Virus record (IMG/VR): IMGVR_UViG_3300020045_005851
Location: 1-40,064 of that record
Length of the DNA: 40,064 nucleotides
Source of the DNA: a virus
Taxonomy: Duplodnaviria > Caudoviricetes
Strand: one strand, 5' to 3'
Numbering within the stretch: position 1 is the first letter of the stretch; every line of letters begins with the position of its first letter. The notes beneath the pieces were generated by a model that worked only from the letters and a program-made list of their open reading frames with translations, had not been told where the DNA came from and searched no databases. Below, piece by piece: positions 9,902 to 19,599 of the stretch. The translations under genes were made by a program, and so were the position numbers.

Positions 9902-10903
9902 CTAAGCAAGAGCGTTAGCGCCAGTAGAACCGAGGACCCATCTCCAATCAACTGGATTTGGACCAAATAGCGTCGAGGTCATGAAGTGATCCACACCATC
10001 AAACGCACGGAAGACTGGAAGCATTCGAGGTTCCCAAGCTTTGGCCATGACAACTTGTTGGGCCATTCGATCTAGGTCAACCACGAACCAGTAGTCATTG
10101 TAGGCATCTGGGATGTGATTGAGACATAGAACTTTGAAGGTCTTGCCAAGTCGAGCCACGATCTCAGGCGATACCGTTCCAAGTCCAAGATTGGCTGAGT
10201 CTGGGCCATAAGCAGAGAACTTCAATCGAAGCGCCGTCTCTTCAAGATTGCGTGGCACTACGAGAGCTACGTTGGTGCTTCGACCAACTAGAACACCAGC
10301 GTTATCAGTGATGCGATCAAGTTGTACGAAAGCGGCACCAAGAGAGGTAGCGTTAAGTACAGGGTTGACCACGGCACCAACAGTTACGCGGTTGTCTTGA
10401 GTTGCAAGACCGGGCTTGCTGGAAGGATGATTTGAAGCGATAAGCGACACGCCATCACCGCCAGTGATGAAGGTTGTCCCAGCTCCAAGGTAAAACATCT
10501 TAGCGAAATCCTGCTCCCAGTTGAGAGAAAGCCCTTGCATAAGAGATTTTGTCATGTTCATAGCTTTCAGAACGCCAGCGGACGATTTGCGTTGCAACTG
10601 ATATTGAAACTCCTCGGTGAAAGGCGCTCGTTTTGTGTATTTACGCACTGCGAGCGTCTTGTCATATCCATCATAGAGGTAATCAACACCGTATGATTGA
10701 CCTTCAATAGTCAATTCACCAGCTCCAAATCCTGAGATTGAAGAGTACTCGTCGGCGTTGATATTCTCTACTTGGAAATCCACCATAGGAAACTGTTTGT
10801 AGTCTAGTGGCCCAGCAGTGATCTGCATTAGCGCCTCGTTAGCCATCTCTACGATGGCCGGGTCGACTACGTTGGGATTACTCCCAGTAGAAATGTTAGG
10901 CAT
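9902..10903 (-). CDS. Major capsid protein (333 aa)
   Basis: Size and position after scaffold and cement genes. Motifs GGDGVSLIASNHP, LVVPRNLEETALRL, YWFVVD and DWRWVLGSTG recall Mu gpT-like HK97-fold capsids. Confidence 0.85.
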   Translation of the reverse strand: MPNISTGSNPNVVDPAIVEMANEALMQITAGPLDYKQFPMVDFQVENINADEYSSISGFGAGELTIEGQSYGVDYLYDGYDKTLAVRKYTKRAPFTEEFQYQLQRKSSAGVLKAMNMTKSLMQGLSLNWEQDFAKMFYLGAGTTFITGGDGVSLIASNHPSSKPGLATQDNRVTVGAVVNPVLNATSLGAAFVQLDRITDNAGVLVGRSTNVALVVPRNLEETALRLKFSAYGPDSANLGLGTVSPEIVARLGKTFKVLCLNHIPDAYNDYWFVVDLDRMAQQVVMAKAWEPRMLPVFRAFDGVDHFMTSTLFGPNPVDWRWVLGSTGANALA

Positions 10904-10926
10904 ATTTCTTTAGTTAGAAAATAAAA

Positions 10927-11376
10927 CTAGTCTTGAGTGTAACCGTCCTGTTGAAGCTCTGCTGGGCTAACTGTAACCGTGGTTGTGGCGTTCTCGTCAT
11001 AATCTCTTACGAGAAATTGACCACTAGAACCAGCGGCAAGGTTTAGCGTGTAAACACCAGCGGCAACAGCAAGATCAGCGTAAGCGCCACAATCAGTATC
11101 AGTACAAGCCTGATCCGATGTAATTTCGAAGCGCATATTCTTATTTGCTGGCCAGTAAGCACCTTTAGCTTTGGCAACAGTTTGGTTATCCGATGCGGCA
11201 GTAACGTCTGCATCAGCGAAAAACCCAATGATTTTACCGCCAGCGGTGGCTGGGGCAAGGAAACCGTTACTATCAATGTAGACAGGATCGCCATGGTCAA
11301 ATGAACCGGAGTTCACCATCACACGTTCATCCGTATCACCTAGATAAGCGTCGGTTTTCATTCTCAATCCGCTCAT
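10927..11376 (-). CDS. Capsid cement/decoration protein (149 aa)
   Basis: Between scaffold and capsid; GDPVYIDSNGFL...IIGF beta-tulip-like pattern. Confidence 0.65.
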   Translation of the reverse strand: MSGLRMKTDAYLGDTDERVMVNSGSFDHGDPVYIDSNGFLAPATAGGKIIGFFADADVTAASDNQTVAKAKGAYWPANKNMRFEITSDQACTDTDCGAYADLAVAAGVYTLNLAAGSSGQFLVRDYDENATTTVTVSPAELQQDGYTQD

Positions 11377-11394
11377 AATATTGTGGTTAAGAAA

Positions 11395-12189
11395 TTAAAA
11401 AGACTTCATTGCATATCCCTTCTTCTTGAACTCATTGGCCAGCCACGCGGTCTGCTCACTTAATCGCGGCTTGCTATTGGGTAAAGTGGAAGGTTGACCA
11501 GAGCCATAACTCATGGTGGGAGCCTCGGCGCCGGGCGAAACTTGACCGCCACCAAAGGCAATCTTATGCGCCAGTTCCAATGCTCGACCATAATCACTTG
11601 CAACAATGGCAGGGTTAATCGAGTCAAGAGCCTCTTGCAATCGCTTGAAGTTAGGATCGTAGTCATTCTTTTGAATCCCTTGCGTCGCAAGAAATTGATT
11701 CATGACATAATCGCGATCCTTGGCCTCCCGATCATCAAGACGTTTCTTGAGCTCGGCCATCTCCCTTTTCGATTCATACGCTACGGGGTTTTGCTTTTTA
11801 AGTTCCTCCATCTCCACAGCCTCTTGGAGGTGCTTATAAGTTTTTATCCCGCGCTCGCCCCATAGCTTTTCGATGATTCGATTAGCCATCTTGGGGTCTG
11901 CTCCAGCGATTTTATGAATCAACTCTGGATTTTCTTGAACAATCGCAACTTGGACATCGACGGCTTTCGCCAGGTCCGCATTGGCTTGTTCTACCTTTGA
12001 AATTGCACCCTTTAACCTCTTATCGAGCGTTGCTTTATCCTCTTCAGGATTAGGGGCAACCGCCGCGCCAGCCGCAACAGGCTTTGGCTCTGGCTGGTTA
12101 TCTGGTTCTCCGGCCGTAGGCTCGACTGGAGTAATTACTGCTTTCTCTTCACTTGCTCCCGCAGGAGTAGGGGTGGGTAGATCTGCCAT
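11395..12189 (-). CDS. Scaffolding protein (264 aa)
   Basis: Pro/Glu-rich disordered N-terminus, charged coiled coil, short basic C-terminal helix; upstream of capsid genes. Confidence 0.7.
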   Translation of the reverse strand: MADLPTPTPAGASEEKAVITPVEPTAGEPDNQPEPKPVAAGAAVAPNPEEDKATLDKRLKGAISKVEQANADLAKAVDVQVAIVQENPELIHKIAGADPKMANRIIEKLWGERGIKTYKHLQEAVEMEELKKQNPVAYESKREMAELKKRLDDREAKDRDYVMNQFLATQGIQKNDYDPNFKRLQEALDSINPAIVASDYGRALELAHKIAFGGGQVSPGAEAPTMSYGSGQPSTLPNSKPRLSEQTAWLANEFKKKGYAMKSF

Positions 12190-12211
12190 TTGTAAAATGG
12201 GTTAAAAATAT

Positions 12212-13354
12212 TTAGTTTGACGGGTGATAGGGCGCGTACGGGTGATAGGGATGGCGAGGCGGACCAGAAGCCGCAACGCTCCATACGGGGACAAGTTTTG
12301 GGTCGTAAGTTGTTCCTGTTTTATCTGCGAACCAAATTGACATGTACCATCTTTGTGAGAGCCCCCATGTTGGAGCAACAGCGGCCACATCATAATTTAC
12401 GTTCCTACACCCTATTTTAACAATTCCCTTCGTTATGGCTGCGAGGCCAGTTGCATTGAAGGTTGAATTTACATAAGTATCATCTGTTGGAATATTTGCA
12501 TAGGTAATGTCTGTATCAGAGTAAGCAGTTGAACCGAAAGCGTCAAAATCTCCCGCTACGATGTCTGTATTTGAAGCTGGGGCGAAAGAATAGAAGTTTG
12601 TAGTGGGTGCCCAACTTCCTTCATCAGCTTTCCCGCTTGCGGAATTACCATTAATCGACATTACTGCAGATGTGAAGGTAGGAGTCCCCACTATCCCCGA
12701 TAGATCGAATAGGAACCCTGCCCTGTGAAGGACGGTGTACTGATTTAGAATCGAATCGCAGGACATGTAGCTGAAGGCGAAGTCGTCTGAGGAATCATTG
12801 GCTCCATTCCCCGCGGAGGCGATAATGGTTGCCCACGACTGACCAGAACCAACAGAATATTCCGTTTTGGCGACCCCATCACAAGTCGTCTTCCCCCCGT
12901 CTGCATCTGCATTTGGATAAAAAGTATCCGTCACGTTTGCTGAGACAAGCCCCTTCATCCCCAAAGCCCTTCCATCTAAGAGTGGCATGAGAATCTTCTG
13001 ACCCTGATAGTATTTCTCGTAAAAGGTCTTCGCGAAGGCTTTGAATTGAGGCCAACGAAAGCGAATCACATTCGCCCACTTCGCACCTACTCGGAAGTCT
13101 CCGCTCATCACATATATGCCACCAATCGTGCCATCCGCTAGCAACTCACTTCTATCTTCTACAATCCACTGAACTGAACACTTGGTCATCTTCACAATTC
13201 TTGGATAGTGACGCGGGATACAGAGTAAATCCCTTCCGTATTCCGTATTCACCATCTGCAAAAGAAGTGGTTGCCATAGCTCAAACCAAATGTCTTCGTC
13301 GAGAGCTTGGGCTGTTCCCAATAGGTCCGGATCAATTGTCCAAAACTTGGCCAT
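12212..13354 (-). CDS. Structural/accessory protein with C-terminal DNRLRE/CBM-like beta-sandwich (380 aa)
   Basis: C-terminal TFYPNAD...RAGFLFDLSGI...TSAVMSI...DPKLV pattern; distinct charged/aromatic N-terminal ~135 aa. Confidence 0.5.
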   Translation of the reverse strand: MAKFWTIDPDLLGTAQALDEDIWFELWQPLLLQMVNTEYGRDLLCIPRHYPRIVKMTKCSVQWIVEDRSELLADGTIGGIYVMSGDFRVGAKWANVIRFRWPQFKAFAKTFYEKYYQGQKILMPLLDGRALGMKGLVSANVTDTFYPNADADGGKTTCDGVAKTEYSVGSGQSWATIIASAGNGANDSSDDFAFSYMSCDSILNQYTVLHRAGFLFDLSGIVGTPTFTSAVMSINGNSASGKADEGSWAPTTNFYSFAPASNTDIVAGDFDAFGSTAYSDTDITYANIPTDDTYVNSTFNATGLAAITKGIVKIGCRNVNYDVAAVAPTWGLSQRWYMSIWFADKTGTTYDPKLVPVWSVAASGPPRHPYHPYAPYHPSN

Positions 13355-13374
13355 ATCAAAATATCAGTTAATGG

Positions 13375-15048
13375 CTAGGTCCAGTAGGTATATCTAACAC
13401 CCTCTCCATTTGTAATGGCGTCGACGTAAATATCCGCGAGGTTATCAATGAACATCTCAATAGATTGGCCAGCCGTAAGGAATACTCCCGTTCCAGTGGC
13501 AACCGTCGCGTCTACACCGGACGCGCCGACAGCCACGCCGTTTGTGTTATCAGTTTGAGCTTGAATCAAAACACGCTTACACGCGGTTGATCCGGCCAGT
13601 GCTTCATCGGTTCCTCCAGTGGTTATCGTCTTTACGCCATGACCAATCCCTGTAACATATCGCGAAGCCGCGTACTGCGAAACGGGATCGTCGGTGGCAA
13701 CTGTGACGCGCGGAACCGTGACGCCATTCGCTCCTGAACCAGCCGCAACGCCAGCCTGTCCAACGATAAGGTTGACCTTCGCGCGATCGGACTCATCCCA
13801 GTCGTCCATAATTTGTAGAGCCGTGACCGCCGCCGCAAGATTCCCGCCACTTTCAAGAGCTAGCAATGAAGTGTTCAAGTTTGTGCCAGCATTAGCAGTC
13901 ACCGTTCCAGTTATAGCAGGAAGAGTCAAGGCATCAACTTGCAAATGTCCATCAGTGTCAACCAGAACGTTGGTGCGATCCGTACCATCATCGCCTTGCA
14001 AGAGAACACCCGATCCCAATGCGGAACCTTCGGTTGCAATCCCAGCGGCAATGGCGGCGAGATTACCTCCTGACTCAAGAGCCAAAAGAGAAGTGTTTAA
14101 ATTCGTTCCTGCATTTGCGGTCACTGATCCCGTGACCGTGACGTCGTTATTCGTGCCAAGATTGACCAAAAGCCCATTGGTAGCATCGCCTCGCCCCATA
14201 TCCCACGCCGTCCCATCATAAACCATAGTCATGGCCATGATCGAAGTTGTGATCGGGGTTGCAAAGTTATCTGTGATAGCCGCCGCCGTTGGGAACTCAT
14301 CTATTGATAGTGAATCGCCACTATAAGTTAGATATGTGACCGTATCAGACGTTCCAGTCGTTGCCTTCTTGTAGTAAAACTCGCCTCTTGCATAATCAAC
14401 TGCATAATCTCCATTGGCCATAGTCGCCAAGAGATCCATGATGCTCTTTTGCTCCGTTACCGCAAAATCCCAAGGAATCTCGCGAGTTAGCACCGTCCCG
14501 GTCGTGAAGGCGATCGAGCTTTCATTTCTGAAAATCTCTAACTTTCGCACCGCGCCACCAGCGGGCAACGTGCCCACCCAGTCTTGAGTTGCAAGAGCCG
14601 GGCCAGTAAATACCGTGAACGTGTAAACATTTGAAGCAACGGAAACGCCGCCAATCCAACCATAAATTTCGCTTGCCCCATCGATCGTTAACCTTGCCAC
14701 GAATCTTCCAACACTGGCAACGCCCTCGAAAAGAACTTCGAGGTTATTTGTAGGGTCATAGACTGTGAAAGCCGCCGATCCGGCCGTCTCAGTGACACCA
14801 GTGGTCTTGACTGGAACCTTAACGCCCCACACAGGATTCTTGCGCCAATGTGAACCCACCTTGTCACCAATAAGACTCAAGATCGGGCCAGGAATTACGG
14901 CCTTACCCGTAAAGCCAGCCGCGCCAGTAATAAGCGTTAACGTGTTTGCTACTGATTCTGTCGTTCGCTTCAATCCCACGTCAATAACAGGGAGAGGCAT
15001 TGTTGGACTAACATATATTTCACCGCCGCTGTGCGCTAGATTTTCCAT
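13375..15048 (-). CDS. Virion fibre/decoration-like protein (557 aa) with internal 24-aa duplication
   Basis: G/A/T-rich; VTANAGTNLNTSLLALESGGNLAA occurs twice; C-terminal VLIQAQTDNTNGVAVG...GVFLTAGQSIEM module. Confidence 0.6.
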   Translation of the reverse strand: MENLAHSGGEIYVSPTMPLPVIDVGLKRTTESVANTLTLITGAAGFTGKAVIPGPILSLIGDKVGSHWRKNPVWGVKVPVKTTGVTETAGSAAFTVYDPTNNLEVLFEGVASVGRFVARLTIDGASEIYGWIGGVSVASNVYTFTVFTGPALATQDWVGTLPAGGAVRKLEIFRNESSIAFTTGTVLTREIPWDFAVTEQKSIMDLLATMANGDYAVDYARGEFYYKKATTGTSDTVTYLTYSGDSLSIDEFPTAAAITDNFATPITTSIMAMTMVYDGTAWDMGRGDATNGLLVNLGTNNDVTVTGSVTANAGTNLNTSLLALESGGNLAAIAAGIATEGSALGSGVLLQGDDGTDRTNVLVDTDGHLQVDALTLPAITGTVTANAGTNLNTSLLALESGGNLAAAVTALQIMDDWDESDRAKVNLIVGQAGVAAGSGANGVTVPRVTVATDDPVSQYAASRYVTGIGHGVKTITTGGTDEALAGSTACKRVLIQAQTDNTNGVAVGASGVDATVATGTGVFLTAGQSIEMFIDNLADIYVDAITNGEGVRYTYWT

Positions 15049-15073
15049 AGAGAGAAGGGATAAAAAGTAATTT

Positions 15074-15176
15074 ACCCGATCTATAGATTATCAACAGGCG
15101 GCACGTCGAACGGACAACGCAAGAAGCCGCCTATGTGTCGCCTGATGGCAACCTATAGACCCTTGCGTTGTCGGGT
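15074..15176 (-). ncRNA. Structured cis-regulatory RNA candidate upstream of the head gene block
   Basis: Interleaved inverted repeats 15113-15123/15162-15172 (perfect 11 bp) and 15078-15104/15135-15161 (27 nt; three G-U pairs on minus strand), closed by ACCCGA/TCGGGT. Confidence 0.55.
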
Positions 15177-15216
15177 GGGTTTTAAATGATCTGGTTACGG
15201 GACCGCCCCGTGCTAA

Positions 15217-15582
15217 TTAAACTTCAATGGGTATCCCGTCTGGGAAGTCCTCCGTGCTTTCAGGTGTCAACTTCACACCAGCCAGCTTTTTATCATGTAT
15301 CAACTTTACGCTATTCTTCAGGCTTTGTAACGCGCCGATTGCCCCATTCAACTTAATTGCCCCGATTGTGTCGCCTTTGGCCAGCATAGCCATTCCCTTC
15401 TTATGATCAAGCGAAATTAAATTATCGATATACTCTTCGAGCGCCTTATATTGTGTATTAAGATACAGCTGACCTAGAAGCACCAGGGCCAACGGCCGGA
15501 GCCTGTTCAACTGGAGCACCAGCTCGTCCTGCTCCTTGCGCCAGTCCTGGAAGAGGCGCCAGTCCTTTACTATTTTGAGCAT
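15217..15582 (-). CDS. Small helical protein following portal (121 aa)
   Basis: ATG preceded by TTAACCCAAAGCAAA; overlaps the portal 3' end by 125 nt; typical post-portal position. Confidence 0.7.
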   Translation of the reverse strand: MLKIVKDWRLFQDWRKEQDELVLQLNRLRPLALVLLGQLYLNTQYKALEEYIDNLISLDHKKGMAMLAKGDTIGAIKLNGAIGALQSLKNSVKLIHDKKLAGVKLTPESTEDFPDGIPIEV

Positions 15583-17443
15583 TTTGCTTTGGGTTAATTA
15601 ACTGCTGTTGCTTAGGTAAAAAGGTGGGATCCAAGCCTTCATTGGCCAGCTCTTCTGGAGTCTTGCTTTCAATTGAGCCACCAGCCGACGCTAAAACATA
15701 GTCGGGCATTTCAGAAATCTCTTCTTGGATGTACTTAGCCAGCCCGGCCGGGTCAAATCCAGATGCCGCCCACTTCGTCAACTCAACACCCTCCATGGCA
15801 ATACTCTTTTGCAACTGCTTCGACACAGAAATGTTACCCGTCTCCAACACAATATCCATATCCATATCTAAATCATCACTCTTAAGATCAAAGTAACGCC
15901 ATCCCGTGGCCTTGTATTTTCTCAAGTTGCCTTTCTCCCCCCTCTTCAACTTCACGCCATCGGTTTTGACTTGAATCTTATCGCCTCTCATCAATGCCGC
16001 GTGATAATGTAATCGAATATCATCCTTCAAGAGGTTGTAAAGTCGCTTGAAATACGTCACCGCCATATAATCCATTCCAAGCTCAATGATCGCGTTTTGA
16101 CTTTCGCGTCGAATCACCGTTTTTCTAGCGGTCTCATTAGTATCAGTATTAGTTGTGTCAGTGATATTTATCCCGGTCGCTTGGATAATGTCCTTGTCGC
16201 TTGTCTCGTCAAGCTTCTCAAGAATATCCATGTTGGGATTGATGGCTATCTCTTTTAAATCCTCCGGAGCAACGCGGATAAAGTCTTGACCCCATTCAAA
16301 CTCTTGCTCGTCGAATGGAGAATTAGGATCAACTGCCAATGTTTTCTTGGCCGACTTCTGTGTAATTTCAAGAATCATCAGACGCACCAAATTCTTAATC
16401 GAATTGAACGTGCCAGTGACATGAGCGTCACCATAGCCATAGGGACAATCGGGAATTTTATACATCACCGCCAGAGAAATCGGAATCTCCTTGCCATCTC
16501 GCCCGGCGATTCTAGGAATTGGTGAAAATAGATCATTGATCTTTTTACCAAAAACCAAAATGTCATATCGATCTTTAATAACATCAAAACAATGAGTGAC
16601 TTTTATGTACATGTTCGCACCCTCATCCACGAATGGGTTGTCAGTGCTCTCATCTTTACCAGTGGCCTTATGCTCTGCAAGTTTGGCCTCCCCATACTCC
16701 CCAAATTTATCCTTAAAATCTTCTTCGCCAAAGTACTCATCGACCATCGCATATTTACAATCAGATAAATCAGACTTTCTACAATGCTCATCGAGATATA
16801 GGTTTTTTAAATCGATCTTGCGATAGCCAGTCTTCGATACAGTCTTAGTTTTCTTGTCATAGGTGAGCTTGCCGTCCTTGCCGATCGTAGGATCTTGGAT
16901 TGTTACCTTTCTTTTATCCGTGATCTGTAGCACCGCCGCCGTCCCGCGAATCCTACGATCCATGAAGACCTCGAAGTCCTCTTGATCGGCGTTAGCTTCA
17001 GCCAAAACCTGGGCGAAGAGATGAGTGAACCCAATCGCCTTCGTTGGGTCATTGCTACCCACCGCAATAAACTTTGCCGAGGGTCTGTTTTTGTACTCTG
17101 AAGCCATCGCCCGGATCACGATCGTGTGTAACATCGGGTATTTTAAATCAGAGAATCTCAATCCTTCTTGAGAGAACATGCTCAAGTCGTACTGCTCATA
17201 GAGAGCGTCATAAATCCGATTGGTTGTTTGATCCTTGCCATCCAAGATCCCTTGGAAGAAGCGTCGAATGCCCGACTCCCAAATTGTCTCAAACTGCCTA
17301 CGATGATTGGCCATCGCAATCCTTCGCTTGGCCCAAAGCTTCTCAATGTCATCAATAGATTCCTCGCCCGACTCAACAGGGCCAACCTTTTTTACAAGGG
17401 TGACCACAGCGGGGTCTTTAGTTGAAGCGTCGTACTTAGGCAT
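15458..17443 (-). CDS. Portal protein (P22-like), 661 aa
   Basis: Size and position after TerL; IDLKNLYLDEHC, PYGYG, TARKTVIRRES motifs; low-complexity C-terminal tail. Confidence 0.85.
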   Translation of the reverse strand: MPKYDASTKDPAVVTLVKKVGPVESGEESIDDIEKLWAKRRIAMANHRRQFETIWESGIRRFFQGILDGKDQTTNRIYDALYEQYDLSMFSQEGLRFSDLKYPMLHTIVIRAMASEYKNRPSAKFIAVGSNDPTKAIGFTHLFAQVLAEANADQEDFEVFMDRRIRGTAAVLQITDKRKVTIQDPTIGKDGKLTYDKKTKTVSKTGYRKIDLKNLYLDEHCRKSDLSDCKYAMVDEYFGEEDFKDKFGEYGEAKLAEHKATGKDESTDNPFVDEGANMYIKVTHCFDVIKDRYDILVFGKKINDLFSPIPRIAGRDGKEIPISLAVMYKIPDCPYGYGDAHVTGTFNSIKNLVRLMILEITQKSAKKTLAVDPNSPFDEQEFEWGQDFIRVAPEDLKEIAINPNMDILEKLDETSDKDIIQATGINITDTTNTDTNETARKTVIRRESQNAIIELGMDYMAVTYFKRLYNLLKDDIRLHYHAALMRGDKIQVKTDGVKLKRGEKGNLRKYKATGWRYFDLKSDDLDMDMDIVLETGNISVSKQLQKSIAMEGVELTKWAASGFDPAGLAKYIQEEISEMPDYVLASAGGSIESKTPEELANEGLDPTFLPKQQQLINPKQNAQNSKGLAPLPGLAQGAGRAGAPVEQAPAVGPGASRSAVS

Positions 17444-17452
17444 TACGCGGGG

Positions 17453-17737
17453 TTAATTGAAAACTAAAACACCTTCGATGGTCTCAATGGGTAAATCGGC
17501 GGCAGTCTGAGCCACCGCGACAACAGTCTTCTCTTCGCCGTCAAAAACACCAAAGCTCACCAGTGGTAGATTCTTGCCAGTGTCTTTTGGCTTGCCGTTA
17601 CTCTTATACCCACGCTCTGATTCCTGACGCAACGACTCAATATAATCTCCAAGAGTGGCGAACCCGCTTGATACCCACGACTTCTCGGTCAAAGGCTCAC
17701 CCGGCTTCACCCATATTTGAATCTGCGCTCCAGACAT
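17453..17737 (-). CDS. Hypothetical protein (94 aa)
   Basis: TTTAACCCCTCCCAA leader; tight packing with neighbours. Confidence 0.65.
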   Translation of the reverse strand: MSGAQIQIWVKPGEPLTEKSWVSSGFATLGDYIESLRQESERGYKSNGKPKDTGKNLPLVSFGVFDGEEKTVVAVAQTAADLPIETIEGVLVFN

Positions 17738-17753
17738 TTGGGAGGGGTTAAAC

Positions 17754-17918
17754 TTAATTTAACGGGGACCGATCATGCCAGTCATTATGTCTTTTCGCTA
17801 CCGCCGCCGCGTAATAATCGTGCAACTCATCATCCACAATCTCATCAAGAGCACGATTTAAATCATCAATGCTACAAGTGCAAACCTCATTCCTTTCGAA
17901 AATAGTTTGAATGTCCAT
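17754..17918 (-). CDS. Small acidic protein (54 aa, MDIQTIFERNEVCTCSIDDLNRALDEIVDD...), probably leaderless
   Basis: Translated by hand; ATG lies 7 nt after a TATAAT box. Confidence 0.55.
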   Translation of the reverse strand: MDIQTIFERNEVCTCSIDDLNRALDEIVDDELHDYYAAAVAKRHNDWHDRSPLN

Positions 17919-17925
17919 TGCGTTA

Positions 17926-17954
17926 ATTATATCTTATTTTCGCGAAAAGGTAAA
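17926..17954 (-). promoter_or_regulatory. Sigma70-type promoter TTTACC-17-TATAAT with perfect palindrome TTTTCGCGAAAA in the spacer
   Basis: Direct reading; a similar spacer motif is present at two other TATAAT promoters. Confidence 0.65.
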
Positions 17955-17963
17955 GTTATAATT

Positions 17964-18107
17964 TTATAAAAACAATCTTAGGTATTCCCTGATGTGATCC
18001 AGATTACTAATCGTCCAATGCCTACGATAAAAATAGGACTTTACCGTCATGGCTGGCTTGTTGATCAGTTTCCCGATTGATTTATAAGTATATCCGGTTT
18101 TGGTCAT
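17964..18107 (-). CDS. Micro HTH protein resembling sigma70 region 4 (47 aa)
   Basis: Hand translation MTKTGYTYKSIGKLINKPAMTVKSYFYRRHW... matches the GxSYxEIAxxLxxPxxTVKS pattern. Confidence 0.5.
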   Translation of the reverse strand: MTKTGYTYKSIGKLINKPAMTVKSYFYRRHWTISNLDHIREYLRLFL

Positions 18108-18144
18108 GCAGTCGTTTTCTCATAAGAAATAGGCTTGCCTATAA

Positions 18145-19599
18145 CTAGCGCATCATCGGAATCGATAGCCCCTCTTCCTTGAGAGCCTGGCGTCGAGTTA
18201 ACGGCTTGGCTTTACCTGGTTTACCATAATTTGGCGCTTCCCAAAACTCCATCGCCATCGCCAGCGAATCCATCACGTCATCCTTGGAACTCTTAGGGAA
18301 TCTGAGGAGCTGTTGCTCCAACGCTGAGCAAAAGCCCCCAGCCCTATGATATAACCTTCCAGATTTATAGTAAGCTATCAACCCTCGAATCTTTATCTCC
18401 TTATCTTTGGTCGTGCGCACCTCTACGATGTTGATTGGTTTTGACCTATGTCTCATCTCCTTCTCCATGAAGTGTTTGAGCGCGGCCTGGTACTGGTTTG
18501 ACTCGATCCCAACAGCCACCGGGCCATAAATATCCGCAAGCTCAAAAATCTGCTCGATAGTTTCCGATGGATCAAAGCCGTCCATGCGCCGACCGTGCCT
18601 ATAATCCAACACGTAAACTGAGAGGTCTGAGGTGATCCCGGTCACCATGATACTCACTTCATCGGCCGACTCCTTCTCTGATATAGCGAGGTCAACCGTG
18701 ATGTAGATCCGCATGTTTGATGGGCATTCGTGGTCTTGATAATATTTAAACCATGACCTCTGAAACTCGGCGCTCGCTTCGTTCACAGGATCGCACTGAT
18801 ACATACATTCGAAGGCGTCGGGGTCGAGGGCTTTGATCCCGGCAAGATATTCCAGTGGGTAAAACTTAGGCCAGAGCGCCTCGCCCTTTTCTCTGTGCTC
18901 ATCCGTTTCCTTGGCGATGGCCGGGTAGGAAATAACCTTCCACTTATCAGGCCCATGAGCCAAGACGCGCCCGATTAGATCCGAGTCGTGCCATCGGGTA
19001 GCGAGCATAATTATGGCCGAGTCTTTGTTTAAGCGCGTGTTGAGCGTCGACACGTACTCATCCCAAACTTTTTGACGGATCGTTTCAGAGTCGGCCTCTT
19101 CCTTGTTTTTAAACATGTCATCGATGATCAAGACATCGCAACCATAAGACGTTATGGCCCCGCCACGCCCCGACGCAAGATAATAGCCCCCTTGATCAGT
19201 ATTAAACCGATTGGCGGCCTGAGAGTCTTCTCTAAGGCTAACATTGGGGAAGATGCGCTTGTAAATAGGGTTAGAAAATGAATTCCTAACCTCTCGACCA
19301 AACCGGGCGGCAACGTCTCCAGAGTAACACACTTCGATCACTCGCTTGTCGGGGTAATTCCCCAACACAAACAGTGGAAACTTTATACTAGATAATTCAC
19401 TCTTGCCGTGCTGTGGCGGCATAGTGATGATCACCCTCTTCAATTCCCCCCGGGCGACGGCCTCAAGTGTTCTACAAATCTCAGAGTGAAACCACTCCGG
19501 CACGTAACTCTTCTGTAACAACACCGACGTTATCGCAAGATCACTTGGAGCCAGCGCTATTGCCGCCTCCTGAAGTTCTAAGAGCGAGGGCATCTGCAT
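18145..19599 (-). CDS. terL: Terminase large subunit (484 aa)
   Basis: Walker A MPPQHGKS, Walker B VLIIDD, LATRWH coupling motif, RNase H-like ITVDLA and FPKSSKDDVMDSLA. Confidence 0.95.
   Translation of the reverse strand: MQMPSLLELQEAAIALAPSDLAITSVLLQKSYVPEWFHSEICRTLEAVARGELKRVIITMPPQHGKSELSSIKFPLFVLGNYPDKRVIEVCYSGDVAARFGREVRNSFSNPIYKRIFPNVSLREDSQAANRFNTDQGGYYLASGRGGAITSYGCDVLIIDDMFKNKEEADSETIRQKVWDEYVSTLNTRLNKDSAIIMLATRWHDSDLIGRVLAHGPDKWKVISYPAIAKETDEHREKGEALWPKFYPLEYLAGIKALDPDAFECMYQCDPVNEASAEFQRSWFKYYQDHECPSNMRIYITVDLAISEKESADEVSIMVTGITSDLSVYVLDYRHGRRMDGFDPSETIEQIFELADIYGPVAVGIESNQYQAALKHFMEKEMRHRSKPINIVEVRTTKDKEIKIRGLIAYYKSGRLYHRAGGFCSALEQQLLRFPKSSKDDVMDSLAMAMEFWEAPNYGKPGKAKPLTRRQALKEEGLSIPMMR

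Noticed and set aside
9876-9904. Stop read-through fusing the capsid to the 845-aa protein
   Set aside because: The 26-nt gap puts the genes out of frame, I saw no clear slippery site, and the downstream gene has its own TAACC leader.
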